The notes under the pieces were generated by a model, which searched no databases, was not told the origin of the DNA, and saw nothing but the letters and a program-made list of their open reading frames with translations. From the NCBI GenBank assembly GCA_051294375.1, contig CM119271.1, positions 3,007,061 through 3,071,060 on the forward strand: a DNA stretch of 64,000 bases, read 5' to 3'. Position 1 is the first letter of the stretch. Each line of letters begins with the position of its first letter. This document shows positions 40,803-50,296 of the stretch, piece by piece. Made by a program: the position numbers and the translations under genes. This stretch comes from Paraspadella gotoi (taxonomy: Eukaryota; Animalia; Chaetognatha).

Positions 40803-41799
40803 TTGAAGCGGCGATGGTTTACTTGAAGTTATTTTTAGGCGGCGTCGTTTACGTCGACATCAAGTCGGCTGTACTTTTCAGCCAATCGGAGGTCGGATAA
40901 TTGACCAATCGGACGTCGAGTGTTTCCAACGATAACGATAAATAAACGAATTCGCAAACGAAAAAAACTAACGAATTTGATATCAAAAATATCGAACTTT
41001 GTCGACGTTGAATTTTCAGGTTTTGAAATCGTGTCTTAGGAGAACCGGTTCGAGCCTTCAAATTTCTGGTTGTTATTGCTACTTTGAAGGTTTAGTCATT
41101 ATTTTTTTATAACCGAAACCACATTTTACTAATGCGGACGAAATTAGACGTGACTAAAAATACTTTATTACAAATGAGAATAAGTAAGATGAACTGTTGG
41201 ACTGATGGACTGTTTGTTACTGGTCTTGTTTGAAGATATATATCTCTCTTTTCGTTGTGTATTTGAATTTAAGGAAAAACAGTTTTTTTTTGGCGAAAAA
41301 CAACTATTAAACAAATCGTTGTTTTTCGCCAATAAATATAGCAAAAAAGAATTTCTATACAGTATACAGTATACACTATACAGTGTCCAGTTGCCAAGAG
41401 TTACGATGATGGAGACAATTCTCTGAAGAACATAATCCAAAAGACTCATTGATTACCGATGCATATTGTTCGTCAGTTGGCGTCCCCCGTTCTCTTGTGT
41501 ATTCATATTCACAGATTCTACACAGTGGGCAACATTGTGGTCGTCCGTGCAGTCCCGTGTGGTTAACTGACATTGTGGTCTACGCGTAAGAGGGTCTCGT
41601 GCTTCTCAACCCCGGCCGGCGCCCTCCGGCATCGCCCACAACAATCCCCCTCTAACAGTGGTGCATCGTCCTATCCATCTTCGTGTGGAGAACACCCCTA
41701 GAGGTCGACAGTTCAAACACTCTTCTCTCTGCAGTGCTGTAAAGAGAGATCGTACGCACTTACTGTACTTAATAGCTGCAATCAGCCTTTGGCAGCAGT
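33779..41799. repeat. ~3.9-4.1 kb tandem near-duplicate (33779-37649 vs 37655-41799) of KY paralogue 2 exon 1 region
   Basis: Colinear near-identity; junction ...tttggcagcagt|ttttgacgccacggatttacg at ~37650; first copy riddled with 1-bp indels. Confidence 0.85.
34657..34805 (+). mobile_element. Helentron/DINE-like non-autonomous element remnant (second copy 38782-38932)
   Basis: Subterminal inverted repeats GTTGCGCCGC ... GCGGCGCAAC enclosing a GTCT/GTCC microsatellite, preceded by a T-run. Confidence 0.5.
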
Positions 41800-41952
41800 A
41801 TTGATGAATTTAGGGAAATAATAATAGTGCGCCAAAGTGTATTACTTAACTATTCCTCTGAGTCATCACAAATCCATTGATCAAATTAATTAAATAAAAT
41901 GTCTTTCCCCTTAGTTTTTCCTTTTTGACACTTCCAAAAAGTAAGAATAACT

Positions 41953-42461
41953 GAAAAGCAGCACTGGAACCACTCGGGTATTACCAAACACTATGAACAT
42001 TGCCCTGAGACACCAGACTTTTCAAATGCGTCAATTGTAAAAACAATGTCGGCAAAAAATAAAAAGAAACTCGGATACGATCTAAAAGTTCGTGAAGCTT
42101 TGGAAATTCGTCGGCACAGCAGCGGACCAGGCGAAGGACTTAATGAAGACTGGGGCGCGTACGTCAAAACGGACGCTTGGAACTCAGTTTTCCATGAGCT
42201 GAAGAAGTGACGGGGGGGGGCAACCCTTTCTTGGGTTTTTGGTCATTTGGTCAATTTGACTTTTGACTCTCTCACTCTCTCTCTCTCTCTCTCTTAATGG
42301 TTAACCTTTCTTTTATTTTTTGATATTTATTACCTTTTCTTGTTTTGTCTCTTTCAGCCACTGATGATGACTTAGAAATTAAGTCGAAATATATGGCAAA
42401 AATTTAAAAAAAATTTTGTTTCTTATGCACTGTCTCTCCATAGTGAAAATAAGTATTTAAC
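41953..42461 (+). mobile_element. 5'-truncated Penelope-like retroelement (GIY-YIG endonuclease C-terminus + pseudo-LTR)
   Basis: 41959-42210 translates QHWNHSGITKHYEHCPETPDFSNASIVKT..YDLKVREALEIRRH..GLNEDWG..*, resembling the PLE GIY-YIG tail; hammerhead downstream; flanking direct repeat TAAGAATAACT at 41942-41952 and 42462-42472. Confidence 0.8.
42357..42397 (+). ncRNA. Minimal type I hammerhead ribozyme
   Basis: GCCA-CTGATGA-T-GACTTA(gaaat)TAAGTC-GAAA-TATA-TGGC: stem I GCCA/TGGC, core CUGAUGA and GAAA, 6-bp stem II, vestigial palindromic stem III. Confidence 0.8.
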
Positions 42462-43247
42462 TAAGAATAACTCCTTTGATTAAATTTTAATTATTATAAT
42501 TTACTATTATATTATTTACTATATGACTTACCGTTTTTCATTTGTGTTTTTATAGAAGTCAGTAAAAATCTGCTTCTCAATTTTCCAGTCACTTCAGGGA
42601 GCATTTTTTGGTATCTACTAAAAGCTAAGATAAAGCAGATTCTGAAAATGTTGTTGGTTTCAATCTAGCTTTAACCGTTCTCTCGTAATAAAGGCGCGAA
42701 TTCAGTCCAGCTCAAAAACCCGGTTTATATTTTAATGCCAAGTAGGACAGGCTGTTGCATTCAGCATTATCTTTCGAAAAGCTGTAGTTTGTAATATAAT
42801 TAGCTAATGGATTTTCTTTTTATCTTTTGTCATATAACTAGTTTTCTTAATGAACTTGTAAATAACCTTCGATGTCGCTTTCATTATATTAGTTTATATT
42901 AGTTTCCGAGTTTCTTCCCCTCGATTGAGAGAAAGAGCGAGAGCGAGAGACGTCGATCTTCGGGCTGTCAATATTTATAACTGGATTATCCAAACATGAA
43001 TCGTCGACAAATTCATAGACCGAAAACGAGCGAAATTTTGGAAGAACCAGTTTTTACGGTTTTTAACGAAAAAATCACAGATATATGTTTCGGTCTTAAT
43101 TTCAGACCTTCCACACTGATGAAGTTCTGTGATTTTTTTCATTAAAACTTCGTTGTGAAAACAAAAAAAAAAATTGTTTTCTTATCTCGAATTGTAAACC
43201 AACGAAAGAGAGAGGAAAAATATACAAAATTAAACAAACTCGAAACC

Positions 43248-44795
43248 ATGGAGTTACCGTTTTCCGTCTTACAAGCAACGTTAACCGTTTTCGTCGTCTT
43301 TCTCGCTTACCTCTGCTTCGACTATCAACGTCGCCTTCGAACCTTCGCCGACAAAGTCGGTCGCATTCGTCGGTCTCTCAAGGGCCGACTAGGTCGACCC
43401 CTGGCGGCCTTGGAAGCCACAATGGAACACAGAAACCGCGCGGGCGTATCCATGTTCTCCGTCGCGTTTTTCGTGAAGAGTCGAGAGCCGCTCGAGGAAG
43501 AGGCGTTACGAGGGGCGTTGACGCGAATCGGCGGCGCCAATCCGATGCTGCGGATGAGAATCGAAGGCCTGGGCGACGGTGTCGAAGAATCTATGTTTTT
43601 CTCGGAGATGGAAGAGTTTCGTCCGGACCTCGAGACGCTGGAGACGATTGACTGGAAGGCCGCCTTGGAGAAGGAGGTTTCCACTCCGTTCGACTCCGCC
43701 GTTGGCCCGCTCTGGAGGGTCAAGCTGCTCAAAGACGTCGTCGAGGACGGAACACCTCGTCGCGTGATCATCGTCACCTTTCATCACGCGATCGCCGACG
43801 GGAAATCTGCCTTGTCGATGGGAGATCGACTCATGGACGAATTGAGCGGAGAAAACTTGAGTAAATGGAAGACGCGTTTCGAGGACGAGTTGCCGCCTTC
43901 GTACGCCTTCGTGGGCGATAGAGCAATGGGATTTAATCCAATGTGGAAGGCCCTGCTGTTTCTGCAGTTAAAATTTGGCTTCTCGTCGGCGTTTTCTCCT
44001 TGCTCATTCGCCACACTCACGGCCAGGCCTAAAATGACAACGACGACGACAACCCCGCCTTCGCGATTCATCACCTTCAAACTCGGCGTGGATGATCTCG
44101 ACGAGCTGCTTCGCCTCTGCCGCATCCACGGATGCAAGCTGCACGGGACGCTGCAGGCAGTGGTGAGTTTAGCGCAGATCGAGACGTTTCGCCGACTTCG
44201 AAAGAAGCTTCCAAATTCCGTCAACATTCGCAACATCTATTCAGAATCCGTTCGAGATTCCCTTGAACCGAAATTGCCGACGTCCGTCATTTGCTACCAA
44301 GTTCTGATTTGCCTCATGACGCGGACGATCGATTCCGACGCCGTGATCCTCCGGCGAACCTTTTGGAGTTTCGCCAAATCGATGAGCGACGAGGTGCATC
44401 GGAGGAAACGGGAAGAGCCCGTGGATTTCCTCGTTAAAGTCCTCGAGTTTGCCCATCGAGTCTTCCCCAGTTTCTGCGTCAAACACTTTACCCGAATCAC
44501 GCCCGAGACGTTTCGGCGCGAGGAAGATCTTTCCTTCGATTACGTCATGTCAAACTTGGGCGTTTTTCTGGGCGACTGCACGAGGCCACGCCCCTTCGAT
44601 ATAAGCGATGCCTTCGTCGTCGGCAACATCGCTCTGTCCGACTCTTCCTTCGGTCACTTAATCTTCTCGCTTCGAGGCCGGCTCCACTGGACGATCAACT
44701 TCGCGGAAAACGCCTTCTCCACCGAGGAAACGAGGGTCTACGCGGAATGCGTGGAGGAAGTGTTGAGAAAGGTTGTAGGGGGGAAAATATGGTGA
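43248..44795 (+). CDS. Intronless CoA-dependent acyltransferase (condensation-domain / alcohol acetyltransferase-like) with N-terminal membrane anchor
   Basis: Uninterrupted ORF from ATG 43248; NPMLRMRI, PFDSAVGPLWRVKLL, VTFHHAIADGKS (HHxxxDG), YVMSNLG. Confidence 0.85.
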   Translation: MELPFSVLQATLTVFVVFLAYLCFDYQRRLRTFADKVGRIRRSLKGRLGRPLAALEATMEHRNRAGVSMFSVAFFVKSREPLEEEALRGALTRIGGANPMLRMRIEGLGDGVEESMFFSEMEEFRPDLETLETIDWKAALEKEVSTPFDSAVGPLWRVKLLKDVVEDGTPRRVIIVTFHHAIADGKSALSMGDRLMDELSGENLSKWKTRFEDELPPSYAFVGDRAMGFNPMWKALLFLQLKFGFSSAFSPCSFATLTARPKMTTTTTTPPSRFITFKLGVDDLDELLRLCRIHGCKLHGTLQAVVSLAQIETFRRLRKKLPNSVNIRNIYSESVRDSLEPKLPTSVICYQVLICLMTRTIDSDAVILRRTFWSFAKSMSDEVHRRKREEPVDFLVKVLEFAHRVFPSFCVKHFTRITPETFRREEDLSFDYVMSNLGVFLGDCTRPRPFDISDAFVVGNIALSDSSFGHLIFSLRGRLHWTINFAENAFSTEETRVYAECVEEVLRKVVGGKIW

Positions 44796-45339
44796 AAGAG
44801 GCGACTGGACTAAATCTGTGGGCCAAATTGTTTTGGATTTAGAAAGCTCATCTTAATGTACAACGAGAAGGAAACTAAATATTCCTGATGATTTAACTTT
44901 AATCTGACGCAACCACTTTTCATTAAAAAATCTAACTTTGTTTTTAGAATTCTAATTTTAATTCTTTACGTAAAATTTTTTTTAACAATTGTTGCTTATT
45001 ATATCAATAATATTGATACATACATTATATATATCTCGATACATCTGTTCTTCTTAATAAAAAATTATTCGATTTTAGTCCGCTACTGCAACAGAGAAAA
45101 TGAATTTAAAACAAAATAGCACACTTTTTTTAGACTGAAAAATCTAACGACTGAGACCTACAAAGTATAGCAGTCTAAAGTTAACAACATAAATTCCGAT
45201 TTGTTTAACGATTTAATTGCCAAAAAGACAAAAAAGTTCATTCAACGGTCAAACTATAAAATCGATCACAATAAGATCTTTCAAACTAAACTAAAACAAA
45301 TGAAACAAAATTGCAAAGAGCCTCAACGACTTCTAAATC

Positions 45340-48300
45340 TCAGCCGCTGGAGGAGTCGACGTAGGTGTGCCTATATCTGGAGTGACCTCGCGGGTCCACG
45401 CACTTGGCTTGGACGAGGGATTGGATGATCCACTCGGATGAGACGACGGGGACGCCTCCCGACGCCGCCGACGACGCCACGGCGCTCTCGGCGCCTAAAG
45501 TGACGTCACCGACGACGATGTCGATTCTGTAAAAGTATAGGTATGAGGTATAATATTATTATATTAATATTAGGTATAATATTTACGACTAATAGTAATG
45601 TAGTTAAAGTACAACACGCGAAAAAGCGCCAAAATTATTATTGTGAAGAGACAGTAATTATTGATAAGTGTTAATTGACAGAACCGTTCAATATAAGCAG
45701 TCCCTGAGCTTCGGATCAGGCTGTAACACCATGTTAAAGGCGGGTGAAGCGCCCCGTCCCTCTTAACTGCCAGACGACCACCGGGTTAGAACCCCGGACC
45801 TTTGGGTTGGGAGGTGATGACTTGCCTCCGGCACCAATGGTCGCTGATGAACGGTTGGTGGATTTTAGTCCACCATACATCCCCCCCTCCCGTAGGAAGA
45901 TGTCTGTTGCGTCTCTTCAGTGAATTGTTGTTGTTGGTGGAAAGTGCGTCACCAAGTTGAGGCATGTCGCCTGATGTGTTTGTGGCGGAAAGTGCATCGC
46001 CAGGTTGAGGCATGTCGCCTGAAAGTTGTTGTTGCTGTTGTGTTCGGAAGTCGGGCTCACCATGAAGAGACAGTAACTATTGTTATGAGTTAGTGATAGA
46101 ACCGTTCAATATAAGCAGTCCCTGAGCTTCGGATCAGGCTGTAACACCATGTTACAGGCGGGTTAAGCGCCCCGTCCCTCTTAACTGCCAGACGACCACC
46201 GGGTTAGAACCCCGGACCTTTGGGTTGGGAGTGAATGACTTGCCTCCGGCACCAATGGCCGCTGATGAACGGTTGGTGGATTTTAGTCCACCATAATTGT
46301 ATTGAGTTTGTGGTATAATGCATGTTGCATAGCTGTATCATTTGACAGTTTTATCTAAAATTTCGTCAAATTATTGAATTTTATTGCAGCCCCTTTCACA
46401 CCCTCCTTACTTTCTTCCCTTCCACCCCCCCCACCCATATCGCCACGCCCACCTATCCATCTCCTCCTGGCCGAAGGCGTGACTCGTCTCTACGACGACG
46501 ACCCGAGCGCACCCCGCCGCCGTCAACACTGGACTCCACACGAGGGCGAAGTTGGGGTCAGCGGAGCAGACGACGACAGACTTGGCGGTGAAGACTGGAA
46601 AGTGACGAGGGCGTTGTGGGCATAGGAGCTCCGTCTCTGGAAAAGAGGGGGGAGGAAGTGGAGCGAGGATTGTGGAGCAAAAGATTTGACGGAGTGGATA
46701 TAGAATTGATAAAATCCATGTCAGTTTATGGCTTTTTTAATACTTAATCTTACCATAATTGTTTCTAGCAATTTTATGTATCTAAATTCTGATTCAAAAT
46801 ATGGCAGATTTTTAGATTTTTCTCTGATTATTACTCACCAATGTTGAGACCGGCTGGAAGTAAGTAATCGTCGGTGTTCATCGGACGACGGTTGGCGATG
46901 GAGTCGACGAGCCACTTGTGTGGCACGACGGGGATGCCCGAGGCAAGGCTCATGATGTACTTGGCTGTCCGGCAGAAGGTGTTCGCCACTGGGGGAGCAG
47001 ACAACGGAAGAAAACAACGATGAGAATACATTTACAAACAGTTGTATGGAAGACGAAAGATTAACTAAGTGGACGCAAAGACCCAATAAATGAACAATAT
47101 CTATTACCCGTGATCACCCTCCCGTGCAGCCGCGCCAAATCCGGCAGCTGAAACTGAGCCAAAATGTTTCCCCCGTGAGCGCGGAGCAGCCGCTGCAGCT
47201 CCTGCTTCCCCAGCTGCGTCGACTCGAGACTCAAATCCCCGAGGTAGGCGTGGCCGCGATCGCCGAGCGTGGTCACAAAGTAAAAGTCGCGTAGGAGGGG
47301 AGGATGAGGATCGGCGAGGGAATTGTCAGGATTGGAGGAAGTCGTTTCCGGCGCAGCGCCGGGATACGGACAGGCGGGAGGTAATGTAGGACGCGTCTTT
47401 CGATTCCCGTTGTTGTTGTTCTTGTTTTGCCGCCGGTCGTCCCGAACGAAGACTCTCCCGATCTCCGGCGTTCGAGTCTCCGACTCGTCATTAGTGAAGG
47501 ATGGCGTGGAGGGACGAGGTGTCGATTGCACGGAGGGGTTTGGACGAGGTGATTCGCGGGCGAGTCCGGACACGTCCTCTTGAATCGCCATAGGATGAGA
47601 AGAAGCCTCCAGCGGAGATCGTATCTTTTCGGCGGCGTCATTCGCGGGATCGAGAGGGATTCTTTCTAAGAAATTGTCGAATATAATATAATTATAGTAT
47701 TAGGATGTTGAATGTTGATTGAAGATTTACAGGGTCCTGCAACGTTATTATCTTGAGAAAGGGATGGAGGTTTTTATCCACCGTAGCCAGTGCAAAGTCA
47801 GACGCTCGATCGCTTAGAATTTATTGAATAAATGGTTAATTTCATGTAATAATTTCATATAAATATTTCGTAAAAATACAAAAATAAAATATCATTAAAC
47901 TTACCGAAACTTCTCACGTCCACATCAATCGAAGAGCTGTTTTCCGAAATGCAGTGCGAACTGTAAAACGTCGGTTGAGTCTTTTGCGTCGTCGTCGTCG
48001 TCTTCATCGTCGTCGTCGCGATCGTCCTCTTCGGCGTCGAATGTTTAGGCTGCTTCGCTTTTTTAGCGTCGGAGATTCGCGCGTCGACCGAATCGTCGAC
48101 GGTCACCTGGAAAGGATCGTCCGAAGGGGCCGAGTTCGAGCGTTCGTAATTCCCGCGAATCGCTGCCGACGATGCTACTACGCCCGTGGATTCGACGACC
48201 TCTTGCAGATGCAGCTTCGTTTCCTCGACGACGCTGACGTCGAAAGAGACGCCGACGCCCACTCGATCCGCGGCGGCGACGGATCGCGTCTCTGTCGTCA

Positions 48301-49582
48301 CCTTCGTCACCGGTTCGATCGCCTTTTGTTTAACCGTCGGATCGATTCTCGATCGAATCGAAAACAGCGATTTTCTCGCGGCTCCGTTTCGCTGCGGCGG
48401 CGCTGCGTCAGCGGAGCCACCGGCGTCTCGATCGCGCGTTTCCACGTGGGCGACGGATACGGTCTTGGCGCGAGTTTCCGGGAAAAAAACGGCGGGAAAT
48501 CGGACGGCGTCCTTGGGGCCGCTCGCTCCTCTCAACGCCTCCTCTACATCCTTTCCAAGCATCTGCCTCGGACTCCGAAAAGCGGCGCCCATATTGACTG
48601 GGACCGACGGACCTGGCGATGCCACGGCGTTCTCGTTGGGCGGAATCGGCGCCGGCGTCAACTTGATCGGTTTTTTGACACGGACGGTTTTTGGTCTCGG
48701 GTTTTTCGTTTTGATCGGTAGGGTTCGTTTCGATCGGTTGGATTCAGTAAAAGATTTGGGTTGGGGTCGGTTGACGATTAGTTTTGCATTGTTTTTAAGG
48801 GTGACGTTGTTGTTGTTGTTGTTGGCGCCTCCCAACTCGTCATCATCGTCGTCCTTCGGCTTTCTCCGCGGCGCCGGCGATTCAAAGTCTTCGTCGTCAT
48901 CGGTTGTGACTTTTCGCAGCAAATGACGCCGCTTCGTCGGCGACAACAAAAACCCTCTTGCCCGCAACGAAGACGACGCCGCCATTCCCCCGCCGACGAC
49001 GCCGCCACGACGCCGCGGCACGAACAAACTTCCGGAACTCCCGCGACTATCGCTCCGGCATTCCCGGTAATCTGTCACGTTGACGCCGGGCGCCGGGGGA
49101 GGCAGGGCAGTCGGCGCTCCATTGCCGGCCGGCGCCTCTCTCGCTCCAGAAACGCTCTCGGTGTCGCTGTTTTCCCGATTTCCGTCTCCAGGAGCGTCGT
49201 GGCCGTCTTCCGGCGGATTCTCGATGAGCGCGTCTAAATCGGCGCCGAGAATTCTGGCCGAGTTTCCTTCGACGCCGGATTCTCTGACCGAAGTCCGAAT
49301 CAGATGGAGGAGCGTCCGTCGGTCCTCCACTCTAATCCACTCTTCGCTCGTCGTCGTCGTCGTCGTTGTCGTCGTTTTCGTCTCCGTGGTGACGGTTTTT
49401 TTGACGACGGCGATCCCCGGGGCGGTGGCGGCGTTGGCGTTGGCGGGTTGAGCCGGGTCCGACGCGCCCGAAGAATTTCGCGCCGGATTTGAAAATTTGT
49501 TGATGACTCGACGAAGGGCGAAGAAAAGAAACGTAAAGAATACTGCGAAGACGGAAGCGATGAATGGACACAGCTGATACAT
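45340..49582 (-). CDS. TP53BP1: 53BP1-like protein with C-terminal tandem BRCT domains (5' end uncertain)
   Basis: Exons ~49582-47905, 47665-47108, 46989-46839, ~46617-46453, ~45527-45340. VANTFCRTAKYIMSLASGIPVVPHKWLVDS..YLLPAG; NFALVWSPVLTAAG; VPVVSSEWIIQSLV..HSRYRHTYV* closely parallel the 53BP1 BRCT pair. Confidence 0.8.
45644..46295 (-). mobile_element. Complete non-autonomous miniature LTR retrotransposon (TRIM) with tRNA-like cassette in its LTRs, in an intron of the 53BP1-like gene
   Basis: Two ~233-bp direct repeats (45644-45877, 46063-46295). On the minus strand a PBS TGGTGAGCCCGAC follows the first LTR and a PPT GGGAGGGGGGGA precedes the second; 4-bp TSD ATTG (45640-45643 / 46296-46299). 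Confidence 0.9.
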
Positions 49583-50296
49583 TTTGGAATTGAATTAACG
49601 ACTCTTTATGTTTAAACCAAAGTTAAAAAGTTGAAGATGAAAGACGAAGAGAATAGTTTTAATACATCTTTACTTTGTGAGCGTCACAAGTTTCGATTTA
49701 AACACAAACTCCTTCGCCCCATAATTTCATGGGGTTTTCCAGCCTCTAAATATTTCCATTCATGGCAAAATTCGTCCCCCGTTTGTGTCCTTCCTCGGTC
49801 GGAGTGAACGGGAGCCAATGGGAGGGAGAGGAGGAAATCGAATCGACCAATCAGAGATGAGTAATTTTTTTTTCATTTCATCGGGCGGGAAGCGTGTGGG
49901 CTTCGGAATCTCGCTTTGCCCGAACTCGCCCGAGAAGTAGAGTTTCGTTCACCATGATCTATGGTCAAGTGCGGTTTAAGTTTTTGAAGGAATTGATAGC
50001 CTGACTTAAATCATTGGTTGATTTGATTGACATATAAAATTATAATTGGTACGATTGATTGATCAATTAATCAATTGATCGATTGATTAACTGTTTGATT
50101 GACTAACTGATTGATTGACTAATTGAGTGATTGTTTGATTGATTTATTTATTTATTGATAGATAAATTTATTGATTAATGAATTACGATTTGAATTTAGT
50201 CCATAAAGGTCGGCTTTTATATTTGCTTTTGTTTTAGAATTTACTAATTTATTTCACTATCGTCACCGTAAAAAAAAATAAAAATAACAAAAAAGA

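Noticed and set aside
45840-45877. CTGATGA in the TRIM LTR as a hammerhead (retrozyme)
   Set aside because: No GAAA core follows the downstream hairpin, so the hammerhead consensus is incomplete.
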